Shown here: piece after piece, positions 47,761 through 63,164 of the stretch
How positions within the stretch are numbered: position 1 is the first letter of the stretch
Layout of the letters: every line of letters begins with the position of its first letter
DNA from: the human T2T-CHM13v2.0 reference genome, Homo sapiens
Assembly (NCBI RefSeq): GCF_009914755.1
Contig: NC_060937.1
Strand: one strand, 5' to 3'
DNA: 64,000 nucleotides
The notes under the pieces: generated by a model
Databases searched by the model: none
Seen by the model: the letters and a program-made list of their open reading frames with translations, nothing else
What the model was told of the DNA's origin: nothing
Translations under genes and position numbers: made by a program

Positions 47761-49398
47761 GGGAAGTATTAGATACTTTAGCAATAAATAGTAAAATAAT
47801 TTACTTTAATACAAGGAGGGATTTTTTTGGGGGAAAAGTGGTTTATTTCTCTAAAATAAATAAGGCTTTTTAAAATTCAAATTCTGGAAATGTGTTACTA
47901 ATACCAATTGATCTCCACATATTCGTGTATCTGCTTTCCTCATTCCTGGAATGGGGTATTATTTAAATTCAGTTTCTCTGGAATGTTGCCTTTGGCAAAT
48001 AGCCTGAAGAAGTACATAGATTTAGGAAAGTCTTTGCAGATGGAAATTCTGCTTTCCCTATTTTATTACCATTAATGTTCTTCCCTTTTCTTGACCACAA
48101 AAAGGAAGAATTCAATTAGAAGACGTCTTTAGGTTTAAGCTTTGCTTATAATAACTGGATTTATTTAGTTATCACAGGACTAACAGATGTGCCTAAAAGC
48201 CACCTTATGTTTTCCAACATAATATTGTTGATCTTTTTTTTTTTCCTTTTTGGACCAGGGACCAGACAAATGGTGACCAGACGGTCCAGTCTAGAAAAGC
48301 ATAATTGCCAACTCTGACTTCAGCAAGGGTGGAAAAACTCAGAGGAAAATGGGAATTTAGCCTCAAGATAGTAGTTTCCATGTGTGAGTGGGTTTTAAAT
48401 TCTCCAAAGGAAAAAAAAAAAAAGGAATAATAGAAAAAACTGCAAGAAAAAATTATTTGAAGGATTTAGGGTGATAAGTTTATTTTTGGGAAATCTATTT
48501 AAAATATCTATTTCCTGCATACCTATATTTGTACTAATAGAAATAATTAAACTTGTTTTGTTTTGCAGACTTTAGAGTTTATCATCATTACTTTAAAAGG
48601 AGTTAACTGAGCTGACAGATTTGATTACTCAAAGTGGTCTGTCTCATTTTTTATTTCACTTTGACATAAGACTTGGCACAAGTCTGTTACAAGCTATGCA
48701 CTTTTATTGCTGCACTTCTAAGTTATAAATCTGGTTTACATCTATGGAAAATGTAGTGTAGAATTGAAGACATGTCCAATTATCTGGGCAATTTGTTTTA
48801 TGAACTTATACCAAATTAAATAGAAAGCATCGACAGTATTTGTTCTTCCTCTGTGGGCTGCAAATCAGTTAGAAAAAAACCTTCTTGAACAGGGGCATTG
48901 AAAGTTCTGGCTTTTCAGACTGTTTCCTGAATGGGTTCTGATTAAAACAGGATCTGAAAGTCTGATTGATAGTCTCTGTTTCCTTTCTTAATGTAACAAA
49001 TACATTCAGAATGTTGACTCCTATGAAAAGTAGAATTGCTGAGCTGGACTGCATTGCCTTTAGCATTTCTTCATAATAGAGGAAATGATTTGGCTAAGGG
49101 CTGGGTATGGCTGTTTTCTCAGAAAATAGTTATTGAAAAATATTTTGTATGTCTCTCATCTATAAAAAAATGAAATAGAAATTCAGCCTGAGATAAGCAA
49201 TCAAGACTTAGTATTTTATGTATATGCTTTTAGACCTTTACAAATAGAGTGACTCATTTGACCATCTGTGTAGGTGAAGTGTTAAGCATTTGGCTGCTGG
49301 TAATAAAAAAAGTAGGTATGACACCAGGGATGTAATGCTATGCTATTATTGAAGATGATAGTGGGAAGCTATATGACATTTTAAAGAGGGAGACTAAT

Positions 49399-49597
49399 GA
49401 AAGAAAGGAAAGAAGGAGAGAAGGAAGGAGGGAAGGAAGAGAGGGATGGAGGGAAAAGAAAGAGAGAGAAAGAAAAAAAGAAAAGAAGGAAAGAAGAAAA
49501 GGAAAGAAGGAAGGAAGGAAAGAAAGAAAAAGAAAGAGAAAGAAAGGAAGGAGGGTGGGAGGGAGGGAGGGAAGAAGGAAGGGAGGAAGGAGGGAGA
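49399..49597. repeat. Polypurine (GA-rich) low-complexity tract
   Basis: 199 nt with only two pyrimidines; GGAA/GAAA/GGGA units. Confidence 0.97.
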
Positions 49598-52500
49598 CAT
49601 TAAGCCTGTGAAAATTTAGGAAACTTCCTGGACTAAAACTAACATGTAAGTTTAAAGGAATCAGTTATGAACTGATTTAGAGTTAGTGCTTGGATTTGTT
49701 CCCCTTGGGAAGTAAGGCTGATTGATTCTTTTTTTTTAATGACAGCCTATTTTCATTTTATAAGTAAACTTATTTCCCTTATTTTTCTGGGAATATTTAA
49801 AAGTCTCTTTTAGATTGTTTTTATCAACACTATTACCTCACATGTAAATTGTTTTGTTGGTTGAATTTATTTCTCTTTCATTGTGTTGCTTTATTTCTTT
49901 GGTGATGTGATTCATGAGTGTGTATATTTGTATCTAAGATTACTTGTTAGAATTTCTGCTGCATTCATTTGCACAACCTGCTTGGCAGAAATGTTGGGAA
50001 CTTTTACTAAGGCTTATTTTGTACTCTACTGTGTCTTTAGTTAAATTTAAGGAAACATGTGTTTGCTCAGAGATTGTTTTTCTTGTTGTCTCCAGAGATG
50101 GACAGCCCCCTGCAGCTGTGTGATCTCTTTAACATAAACTCCCATACTGTCTCCTTCCACGTCCTACCTTGCTCCCTGGAAGGGGGCAGCTGCAGGGTGG
50201 TGGACTTCTCTGTTGTTCCTGGGATGTCCCCGGTGCACAGGCTCCCCTTCTCTCAGGCCTGGAGGGTCATGGTGGAGCCCTCAGTCTTTTGGGTGGCATT
50301 ATCCCTGGTATTTCCTTTGTTACACTCTCCTTCTTTCTTTTGTTCCCATCGTTGTACCATCTCAGGAATTCTCCATGGTTTCTGATACATGAAGGGTTTC
50401 TTATCTTATTTTTGTGTATGGTTATATGTTCATTCACTTAAAGTATATATTCTGTTATCTGTGAGAATTTGACATTGCTCAGGCTGATGCTTTAAAACAA
50501 ACAATACTTTTCAAAGGCTTATTTAGGCAATTGGGCTTATCTGGGAATTTTTACTGCGTTCTCAGTCCAGATTCATCATGGTAACTCACTACACTACCAT
50601 GTGTGAATAATTCTGTGGAGAATTACTAATTCTCCAATTAATTGTCTCTTTACTGCAGACATTTACAGTCATGCATATCCAAAGACCTACCATAGTGGAG
50701 GACCATTATATAATTAAGTTATTTCTATTACTTTTTTAACCATAGCAATTTAGAAATCTCAAAAAACACATGTGTTAAATTATTAAACAAATTTTTTAGA
50801 AAAATATGAGGTGTCCAATTTCTTTCCATTCCCTTATAATTATTCCAGGCCTTAAGTATAACCACTTTTTCTATCAAAGGGGGCAAAAAAGATATCAACA
50901 GGGAGAAATATTTTAAAATGGAAAACTAACAAACACTTCAGCTAATGCTTAAGATAATCTATTAATAAAAAAATACTCTCTTAGGTTGAAGTCCACAGTC
51001 ATCTATGACAAATTGACTAGCACAAATACATAATTAGAAAATAGTCTTTTGTGATAGTAGCAAAATGTAGTTGCCTGTTAAAACTAATTTATATTTATGG
51101 ATGAGGATTCTGCTCTCCAGTGGATGGTCAATGCTCATTTGTATCATATATGATAATTAAAAACTATTTCTCAGGAGAGCTATTATGGAAGGCTTAAAAA
51201 GAATGTCCTTATTCCTATGCGTGTTTTCTAACCTGTTTTTCCTTCTGCTCTTAAAAATTAACTGGATACTGTATTGAAACTTATCTTTATTGCTTTTTAT
51301 TCTCCACAGAATTATTCACATCATAGTCTATTTTTATGCATTTATTATACTAATTTTCTTTTAATTTGACAGTTTCCTCATGTTTCTATGCATTGTTTTG
51401 ACAGTGAGTTACTCATCAAGATTCTACTTGAAAAAAGAAAATGATAGTTCATGTTCACATTTAAACTTAACTCATTTTAGTTTTTCTTTTTATTCCACAG
51501 TCCTATGTGCATGACAATGACAGAAACTATAACTGACAAGATAATAGTTTAAACTTTATAAGTTGAGCTAGCTACAGAGGGCTCACTGGATACTAAAAAC
51601 TGAACTGAAACCATTTTTTAAATAGAGGAATATTTTTAAAAGCCCACAAGAGATGGACAATATAATTTATTTTCAAAAGCCAATACTTTTCATGCTTTAT
51701 CAATAATGAGTTAACTTGTATACTATTTACTCTTATTCTTTCCCCATGGCATAAATGACATGGATAATAAGTATGCCATGCACTGGCTTAGTATGATTAA
51801 TATTAGTTTTCCTTAACTTGCATCATGCCTCCTCCCTTTGTTGAGAGGGATGAGCTTTCTTATGATTGATAAGCTTTTTTGCTCTTTTGTTTTCACTCCT
51901 TTCTTCTTTGCCCTTTGTCTTCCCTTTCAATTTCCTTTTGTTTGTCTGTTTTGACAACTTATTTATCTTGTTTTCTGCCTCTTATCTCAAGGATGTCAAT
52001 GATAGCTTCTGACATAGTTTTGATGGTGCAATGAGATTTTCTTCTGCGCACTTCTTTCCATTTTCCCCTGCCTCCTATGGCTTACACAGTTTGATAAAGA
52101 AGATTGAGAGGTTAAAACTCTTTGAACTAATATTTTAGTTTCTGGAAAAAGCCTTTGGTTTGTCAGTGTTTTACAAGTTTATTAAGCAAAGGTGCCTCAT
52201 AGCCTACAGAAGGTGAGGTGCACAGCCGACAAGGACATCTTGCCTCAGGGTATTATATCAGGGGTCATCAGCTAACAGACCTGGAGCTGAACTCTGTTTC
52301 AAAGGTAGTGAAAGACGGACCTGGACAGGAAATTCCTGCCCCATTCTGAGCCCCCTTTTTCCTTCTTGGGTAGGCAAGCTGAGGTTGGAGACTGGGGTTT
52401 TCTCCTAAAATCAAATCAAATAGTTTCATAACTTTTTTTTAATCAAAAAGTCCACGTAGGGGTCCATGGAACCAAATCAAATAGTGGCTTCTCTCTTCTC

Positions 52501-53289
52501 CAGGATAATTAAGGGGAAAGGCTGGAAGCACTATAATTTCTTAAGTGTGGGCTCTATGGGCACAATAGAAAATATTATTTTTAACTCCATATTTAATTTT
52601 TTTATAACCCTTGTTTTTGTGGTGATCGTTTATTTTTGAATATTTTGGGACTATAGTGATCATACTAAAATCCATGTTAGTATAGTAGAGAAATGTGATT
52701 TTCCTTTGTATAGATTTTTAAAGTTTTTTTAATGTATACTATCTTATTAAAATTTTCATAAAATGGTTTCTACAAATATTACATAATTTGGATGGAATTT
52801 TAACAAGACTACACACTAAAAATTATTCTAAATGAGGTCATTATCATATTAAACATGTAGCTGCTATATTGCCATTTCTTTGAAGCATAGCTTTAAACAA
52901 TAGAAGGAAACAATCATTCGTACTCATAAAGGTCAATTCAAATGTGATGGTGTGAACATCCCACTTTAAAGAAAACCACTACATATTTAAAACAGACAAA
53001 AATTCATTTCACACAAAGAAGTTAAATACCACTGTTTGCTTTATTACCATTCTGGGAATATTAAATAAATAGCAGTGGAAATAGAACAGGACAGAAGGCC
53101 TTTTAAGCAGCCTGGACTTTATTCAGCCTGTACTATTGACATTTATGCTCAAGTAACTAAATACCAATTTATAAAAGATCTGCACATGTGGATGTCACAT
53201 TTAATGCTTAAAAAATCTGCTTTAAAAAACCCATTAAGTTACATGCTAATTTCTTCCTGGAAATACAGAACTTTCGTTTGTCTGCTCAG

Positions 53290-53860
53290 CGGCCCTAACT
53301 TTTCTTCTGGGCCCTGTATCTTACCCCACTCCATTGCCCTAGAGATGCCATTTTACTACACAATAGTTGATTAGTTTATAACTGGACAAATTACAGTATC
53401 CCACTCTTTTGGCCTCAGATCAATTGGTCTAGTTATTGGCACGTGGCCCAGATTGGTTGACACATTCTTTCTCTAGTATTTTCTTCTTATTGTATGTATT
53501 TATTGTGGCTAAAGTTTTAATATTTAGAGTTGAGCATTTGTGAGCAGATCCTAGGCTTGCTGGAGGTGGGAGTAGGGAGACAGAAAGAATAAGAGAGAGA
53601 GAGAGAGAGAGAGAATGCCAGGCAAAGAATGAAAAGGTGGATGTGAGGAGAAAGAGAGAGAGAGAGAGGTGTTAAGGTGACCCATAGGTGGAGATGAGAA
53701 GAGAGATGATCATCCTGATGATATTGGAATTACTGGACTTATTGGTTGCCTGATTTGCCTATAGCTTGGGTGCTCTGCAAGATACTCAATATCCTTCCAG
53801 TAAAAGGGCCATCTTAAAGTTTGTTTGTATTGAGTATCTCTCACTGCCATCAAAATATTT
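53290..53860 (+). mobile_element. Old ERVL-class LTR (LTR16/LTR33-like) with internal (GA)n runs
   Basis: aattggtctagttattggcacgtggcccagattgg and 3'-end-like cttaaagtttgtttgtattgagtatctctcactgccatcaaaa. Confidence 0.5.
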
Positions 53861-54650
53861 TTAGTGAATGTAAATAATATCTTCATTTTTATAGATCTTA
53901 TTTAGAGAGAGGTCCATTTGAATAAAGGCAAGTTTCCACATATGGCCTATGTCCAAATGCAGAGAACCTCATAAAACTATTTAATACCTATTATGACTAA
54001 CTTTTAAATAAAGCAAATAGCAAAATAAAAATTGTTGAATCTATTGAGAGATACTTAGAAGATTTTTAGGCTTTGAGACTCAGGCTGTCTTTAATGAGTT
54101 AGAAAAACAGTCAATAAAATAAGTTTGCCTATGAGGTGTGCTTATTTGGTGTACCTTGCATAGACCTAAATAATCTGAGTGATTTTTAGTGTCCTAAATA
54201 AATCTCAGTGATTTATGGAATCACCAAGTTGTCTAAAATGAAATTTTCCCATTTATCTACATAAATTCAGTTTAGTATTATCTATAATAAAAACTCTTAT
54301 TATCTACCTCTAAGCTTATTCTCATTTTAATACTTTCGTAAGGACCTTCATTGTAAAAGGCAGTGTTCTCAATTCTTCAATTCTGTGTTGATGTAAAGAA
54401 ATAGTCCTTGACATACTGCAAGTTATATTTAATGAAAGAGGTAAGTAAAATATGTCAGTATAATACTGCATGACATATAGAAGGTACAGTCACTTACTAT
54501 AAGGGTTTAAGGATGCTAAGAATACAAATGAACTGAGCTTGCCTTGTTGGAGGTTATCACCATTTTCTTGGCTTTAACTACCAGCCAGCAAACTGGAAAA
54601 TAAAATCTATTGGGCCTAGCAAGCCATGCTTGTAATTCTACATTTCAAGG

Positions 54651-54965
54651 TTTTTGTTTGCTTCCTTGTTTTTGATTTTGTTTTGAGGCAGAGTCTCACT
54701 CTGTCACCCAGGCTGGAGTGCAGTGGCACATCTTAGTTCACTGCAACCTTAACCTCCCGGGTTCAGGTGATTCTGATGCGTCAGCCTCTCGAGTAGCTGG
54801 GACTACAGGCACACACCACCAGGCCTGGCTAATTTTTGTATTTCTCGTAGAGTCGGGGATTCACCATGTTGGCCAGGCTGGTCTTGAATGCGTGACCTCA
54901 GATGATCTGCCCGCCTCGGCCTCCCAAAGTGCTAGGATTACAGCCATAAGTCACCACACCCGGCT
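54651..54965 (-). mobile_element. Alu, AluSx/Sz-like
   Basis: gagtctcactctgtcacccaggctggagtgcagtgg...caccatgttggccaggctgg...gacctcagatgatctgcccgcctcggcc. Confidence 0.95.
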
Positions 54966-55737
54966 TTGTTTTTGTTTTTAAAGATAGTGGCTATGTAGAA
55001 TGTTTTGTGAAGTTTGCAAATCAGGGCCCCTTTAAGACAGACTGAGGACCACAAATATTGGCAAAATGGCCAGTCTTCCAAAGGAACCCCCATTAGTACC
55101 TACCGGATGTTGATGATGCCACTCCAGGCACTCAAAATCATGCCCCAGTTGCTTTGACTTATTTCTCTATTAAATGCCACAGCTCTGTCTCTGCCACTGG
55201 AGCTCTGCTTTGCTACTTTGCTTGCTCACTTTTGCTCTGACTTGGCTTTTTTTCTGTTGACCTTTGTTCATGGCTTCTGGGCGATGACACACTCCATTCC
55301 CCTGTTTCTAACATTGATTTACACGGAGTTTTGGCATCCCTGTTCCTCTCTTTTCAGGGCTTGAGTCTCAAATTGCAATTTGCAATTCACTTGTCTCTTA
55401 CTTTAAAAAAACGTAAATTCATTTTTAGAAATTTAAATGTATTTTATTTAAATTTGTTTACATTCCTTTCAGGAATCTATAGCTGGTTTACAGATTATAA
55501 GGAATAATTTGAGAGTTTTCAATAGATTGGGGAGGGTCATGGTAAGAATATTGACAATGTCAAGGATAGAATAGAAGGCTAGGGAAAGTTTGAGAGAGAA
55601 ACCACTTGAAAGTAAGGTTATAATATTTCACATTTGCCTGTCTGTTTTTCCCAATATAGACACTTTTTAAAGAGTTCATAACTGTTCACTTAGCAAATAT
55701 CTGACAAATAACTGATGGCAAAAAATTATTTCCATAA

Positions 55738-56090
<353 letters not shown>

Positions 56091-56219
56091 AACAGTGAAA
56101 GTTTTAACCAAGGCTGCTGCGTGATGAAGGAAGCATTATAATCATTTGACTTCTCTTTGGAAGACAGAGGAAAGGAAGAAGCTCAGATCTCCCCTCAGAC
56201 TTTAGATTAGCAATTCTGA

Positions 56220-56916
<697 letters not shown>

Positions 56917-58373
56917 TCATGCAGTAGCCCTGTGATTTGACCAATTCATATGAGAGATTCAGAACAAGATGATTTACATAGTGCATTGGTAGAGAATCTT
57001 CACCACGCTGGTACTGCCCTGTGATGCAAACCCACCTCTGCATACTATTGGCAGCAGAGGTCCTGAAGGCAGGACACAGGGCACGCTGTGTTAAGAGCTT
57101 TCCTCTGTCTGTGCATTTACAGTGCTTGCTTCTGTCTTCTGCTGTGATCTCAATGAAACTTTCACATGTCCCTTTCTTTAACTAGAGAGCATTTGCTTTC
57201 TATATTTGAGAAGACGGTCTTTGCTTGAAGTTGAATAACTTAACTTTTGAGTCCTCAAATAATATATTTAGGTAAACATTTAACCCAACATTCCCACTTT
57301 AACTCGTAGCTACTGGTTTTGTAAATAGTATTTGAACATAGTTTGTAAGCACAATATTTTGTGCATAGCTTGTATCCACCCAGAAAATGTCAAATGCATG
57401 AAAAATGTAGCTATTGACTTCTGTGTTTATTGGTCTGTTAACATTGCTCTTATGAGGCTGATTGCAATGAATGTTTTTACAATATACATGTGGGCAAGAC
57501 CACTATTCAGTCTTATACATTTCCAACAAATCGTTTTTGATCATTTTAAAGTGGATTCAGTCTTTGAGGTGAGATTGACAATTAAAGGAAGTGAAAAATG
57601 ATGAGTTCAATGAGTAAAACATTCAATTCTAATATCTCTTGCTTTTGGTAATTTTAATGAGAGTTTTCTTACTGTTTTTTGTGCTTTTTAGTTTTTGACT
57701 CTGTAAAACTGAGTCCACTTGGACTTGGGCCATTGGCCTATTTTGTGTTTCCAGTTTTTGCAAATTGGAACATATATTGAGTTTCATAGTTCATAAGCCA
57801 AAAGTCTATTAAAACCCCCTATTTACTCTTTTCTAATGGAAAAATGGAGTGATCTCCAACAGAGAGGGACTCCCTCTTCTGTGGGTTTGCCTGCAGAACA
57901 GGAGACTATTTATATGTGAGCTCAGAATCATTGTGCCAAAAAGGTGGTGTGTTTTGATGTGTCCTATTAATCATTGAGTTCTTTTGTTAAGATTTTTATT
58001 TTGTGTTTCACGGAATATAAATCTGGCTTATTGCCTTTAAATATTCATGCAGAATCATATATTATCTTAAACAGTTCATGTTTTTGTTGGCATCATTCTG
58101 AGATTGAAATTAAGTGTTTCCATAATTTATAAGCAAACCAACTGAGTTTATGAATATAAAATGGAACCAGTGAAGTCACTAGAGTGAAGATGCATAAGTC
58201 AAGTTTTTCTGGAAATGAATGTTATTTACTAGTAGTTGAGAACTGTATCCTTATGCTAGAACAAAATAGATTCCCTCTATGAAAGTCATAAAGTAATTCA
58301 ATCAAATAATCAAGCAATTTTATTTTTGCTGTTGTTTCTACTGTGTTGAAGGGAACGAAATTTGGAATACTGG

Positions 58374-58702
58374 TGTTATCAACTGAATGTTTCTGTCCCC
58401 CCAAAATTCATATGTTGAAGCCCTAACCCCCAATATGATGCTATTTGATGATGGGGGTCTAGGGGAGGTAATAAGGTTATATTAGGTCATGAGAATAAGA
58501 CCTTCAGGATGGGATTAGTGGTTTCATAAGAAGTAAAGAGAAAGCTGCCATGTGAGGACATAGTGAGAAGAGAGCAGGCAGTGTGCAAGCCAGGCAGAGA
58601 GCCCTCACCCAAAATTGAATTGGTCAGCACCTAGGCCTTGGACTTTGCAGCCTCCAGACCTGTGAGAAAACAAAAAATTATTAGTTCAAGCAGACTAAGA
58701 CA
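58374..58702 (+). mobile_element. MaLR solo LTR (MLT1A/MST-like)
   Basis: tgttat...ctgaatgtttctgtccccccaaaattcatatgttgaagccctaacccccaat...gccatgtgaggaca...cagcctccagacctgtgagaaa...gactaagaca. Confidence 0.9.
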
Positions 58703-61149
58703 ACTATATGATAATCTCTTAGCTCTTTCACTGTCACTTTATTTTCACAATTTTATGGCAACCTTCATATATCAAATGCAGACAAATCAATAAACAAAAT
58801 GTTCAACACTGTTAGATATTGCATGGGATATTAATAGAGTAATGGTAGAGAAATAGAAGAGTGATCAGGGTAACTTCATGTTGAATATGTCAAGGATCAA
58901 GTAGTGTAGTTAATGTTGTGAAAAGTAAATGGAGGGAGTGTTTCAGGAAGAGGGAACAGCCATCTCACTGGGCCTGTGTGTATCCTAGAATTACTCTTTG
59001 TGTATTCTAAATATTAAATAGAAACAATGGAAAGGAATAGACAAAGTTGACATTTGCTTAGAATTTGGCTGGGAATGGAGAGAGACTGAAAATATAGAAT
59101 TTCACGAGGCATGTATAGAAATTCTTTAAAGGAAAATAATGGTGAGGTATTTTAAATTGAAACAATTGTTGAAAATGTAGCTTCTCGGCAATACAATCTA
59201 TATTGTTAGTTTCTATTCTTACTGTGACTCTGTTCCCTACTTTTATGTTGCAAAACAATTTGATATGTGTCTCTGAGTTCTGTAGGATCCATTTTACTAT
59301 AGTAAATGCCTCTATACAAGCAGACATTAGAAACTATGAATGGAATTGGGAAGTCAGTATACATTTGCTAGAGTACAGTGTTTTATTTCTATCGCGTAAG
59401 TTAAAGTCTAACCTTCGGTGCCAGATTTCTGCACTGATTTCCTGGCCGAGGCTCTGTAAATGTGGTTGGCACCATACTTGAGTGGCTCAGGTAGCCAGGA
59501 AGTGAGATTATGTTTACCATTTTCATAAATCCTCATGGAATAAATATAGGCGCCTGTCACCGTTTCTTTTGCCACCCACTCTAGTCTTTAGCAGGAAGGA
59601 AGTATCATTTTCATCTCTCACTACAATGAAAGCTCTGAGAATCTGGTTACAGTTTCTCTTAGCAAATGGAATCCCAGAAGTGTCTGCATGTAGCTAAAAT
59701 GCACATGTATTCCCCTCTCAGGGATTTTTTTTCAGACCATGGTTGAAAAATATCTGCTCTTTAAATTATTCCATTGCTTTACAGAGGAAGTATTAATTAC
59801 ATGACTGTAAGCATAGATCAGGCTGGGATGTAATTACAGGGCTTACTTTGTCTCTGTTGTCCAACAGAATTAGGCAGGAAGCATTCATGATGCCAGCAAT
59901 TTAAGGTGTTTTGCAGCCCATTATGTTTCTGGTTCTCTCAAGAACCTAAGCATGGATCAAATGACATTTCTGTTGCCCAGTTGTCTGGAAAAAGAACAAA
60001 GCAAGTATGACCAAAAATACATTTTTATAAGTTTTATGTTTGTACATTGCTAGAAAATGTTACATACAACCTTAAAAATGTAGTCTTTTATAGCATCACT
60101 CTGGTTATCTAATTTTTCTCTAATTTGTGGTAGAGTGAGTCCATTATTAGCGTTACATTTGGTTATCATATTAAACAATGTAGTTGATGAGATAAATACG
60201 TGGTTGTATTATATAGTTTTATATCTTTTAAACAATATTTGTGTATAGAATTGTTCTTAATGCCTAATTTCAAATTAGAAAATTAGAATCACCACAAAAC
60301 TTTCTAAAACCACTGTTTTGTCTCATTCACTTTTATATATTATTTCCTATGTTGTGATTTTTCATCATCTTATAAAAATGAAATCTATTTAAGTTTTTAC
60401 TTAGCAGTTCCCTTACTCTCAGCTTTTAAGCTCTCTTCTAATTAGTTAAAGATGCTTTTTTACTTTTCTACTATTTTCAGTCACTTGGGGCTCTACATCT
60501 TCTGAAAATTCTCCTCATAGTTACAGATTCTTCTCCCCCTCTTCTCTCATTCCAAATATTTTTCTTCACATGTTTCTTGTCACTCTTGGACGATCTGCAC
60601 AACATTCCTACTTGTTCCTCAGACCACAGCACTATTTGGTCTCCCTGCAGTCTATCCCAATCACACTTTGAGTGCGTGTTCTTCTAGGAGCCCATGTACG
60701 TAGAATCACTGTTAGACCTAGTTGCCTAACCCTCACCTTGTTAACGGTTTTTGCAGTCTTTGTATCTATTTCCTGTCCAAAGTTTCATTTTTCATATTTG
60801 TATTACCTTCTTTGAAAACAGGATGACAATTTCTATCATAAATCAGAGTTGAGAAATGAACTTCCATGGCTGCATTTACCTTCTTTCTCCCTCTCCGAAC
60901 TCTCATTCCCCCTCTCTACCTTAAAAAATCATATTGATAAAAGTCATCACTCCCAAGACACAAACTTGAATTTTGACTAGCATCTTCATTGTTTGCTAGG
61001 AGAGTAACACTAAATCTGATTGGTTATCTCACTTCAGAAGGAAATGAACAAATCATATTTAAGGTATTGCAATAGTTAGAGCTAGTAAAATTTAGGTACT
61101 GAGAAAGAAAACAAAAATATGTAATGAGAAGAACTTGTGATCCAAAAGG

Positions 61150-61340
61150 CTCCCATAGTGCAGCACAAGGAATATTGATATAAATGCAAGAGGCCTGGGT
61201 GTGAGTCTTGGCTCTGCCCCTTACTTGTGTGATATTGCTGGACACTTTTAAGTCTCAGTTGTCTCACATAAATAGGAAAATGTTATCCCTCTCAAAGAGG
61301 TGTCATGTTAAAATCAAATGGGATTATTGATTTGAAAGTA
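61150..61340 (+). mobile_element. MIR SINE
   Basis: cctgggtgtgagtcttggctctgccccttacttgtgtgatattg...gtctcagttgtctcacataaa. Confidence 0.7.
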
Positions 61341-61519
61341 TTTATTTTTATTATCTTTTATTATCTTCTGTCCTTTTAGTATCTTCTGTCCTCTATTCTT
61401 ATACTAGTTAGTCAGTGCTCATTTTCATTTTTGGCTCTTTGTTTTTAAACCTGCGCTTATCACAGAACAGGATGCAGGGATGAACTTCAACTGATGCAAT
61501 TCTCCTTTGATGAAGGTCA

Positions 61520-61730
61520 CACAGGGTAGCTGTCAAAAGTGTGGAATCTGTAGTCAGGCAGATCTGTGTTTGTATCTCAGCTCTTCTGCTCCCTGTGGTA
61601 AGATGCTAAATTTCTTTAGGTCTCAGCTTCCTCATCTGTAAATTGGGAATAATAATGGTATGAGATACTAAATAAAGCACTTGGCACAGCAACTGGAACA
61701 TAATCTGTTAAATATTCGTTCAATGTTAGT
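61520..61730 (+). mobile_element. MIR SINE
   Basis: tagtcaggcagatctgtgtttgtatctcagctct...tctcagcttcctcatctgtaaattgggaataataat...aaagcacttggcacag. Confidence 0.8.
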
Positions 61731-62493
61731 GATCATGAAAACAACCATCACCTGACTGCTGCTAGTCAACATATCCATTACAAAACCTCAAAATGTCAGT
61801 CAGGAATATAGTGTTGCACCTGTTTTCTTGTCTTTAAATATTTGTACACCATAATGTTCTAACATCACTTAGACATGCAACCAATCTGACTTTATAAAGT
61901 TGGTATATTATCCAAAGTAGTTGAAATTAGAGATGTTGGATTTTATTTAAAGACATGGAAATATTCATATATTTTATATTTAGTTTTCTGTTTTTACACA
62001 CTGCATGTGAATATATGTAATAAAGATATTATGTTAATGCCAATGATTGTTGCTAAATCAATAAAGAGGAAATTTGTATTGGAAAGATCAGTGAACTTCA
62101 TAACACAAATCTTGATTTTGTAAACCATTTCTTCCATTGCCTATTAGAATGACTATGTACTATCTTCAATCTAAATTTTGATCTTTAAAATTTCTGTGAT
62201 CTCTGCCTCCTTGCATGTATCTACTCAAGCCAGAGGAAATAGATACAGTTTTATGTAGAAAAAAGTATCTGTGAAATGGTTTTAATATTGCCCGTGAAGA
62301 ATATAAAAATGTGTGACAGTGGTGAGGTGACAGTTATTATTCAGATGTCATTGTACATAAAGTATTTGAGTTTAGTTAAGTGGCATGGGGGAAAATTAAT
62401 ATGAACAAATGATATATCTTAATTATAGATTTTTTTAAAGGATTGAAGCATAAGAGTTTTTATTTCAATCTTATTTCAGAAAACTGAATTTTT

Positions 62494-62802
62494 TCTTTCT
62501 TTTTTTTTTTTTTTGAGACAGAGTCTCGCTCTGTCACCCAGACTGGAGTGCAGTAGCACAATCTCGGCTCACTGCAAGCTCCGCCTCCTGGGTTCACGCA
62601 TTCTCCTGCCTCAGCCTCCCGAGTAGCTGGGACTACAGGCACCTGCCACCACACCCAGCTAATTTTTTTTTTTTTTGTATTTTTAGTAGAGATGGGATTT
62701 CATCATGTTAGCCAGGATGGTCTCGATCTCCTAATGTTGTGATTCGCCTGCCTCAGTCTCCCAAAGTGCTGGGATTACAGGCATGAGCCACCGCACCTGG
62801 AC
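62494..62802 (-). mobile_element. AluY/Sc-like
   Basis: gcaagctccgcctcctgggttcacgcattctcc and gttagccaggatggtctcgatc. TSD agaaaactgaattttt (62478-62493) / agaaaattgaattctt (62803-62818). Confidence 0.96.
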
Positions 62803-62858
62803 AGAAAATTGAATTCTTAAATACGTTTTTGGCAGAAGTTACAAAGAAAGTTTAATAA

Positions 62859-63164
<306 letters not shown>

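Noticed and set aside
49394-49603. Lys/Glu/Arg-rich and Phe/Ser/Leu-rich ORFs
   Set aside because: Translations of the GA-rich low-complexity tract, which is stop-free by composition.
57040-57065. Possible CTCF site (tggcagcagaggtcc)
   Set aside because: Mismatches at key core positions; not supportable without a PWM scan or ChIP data.
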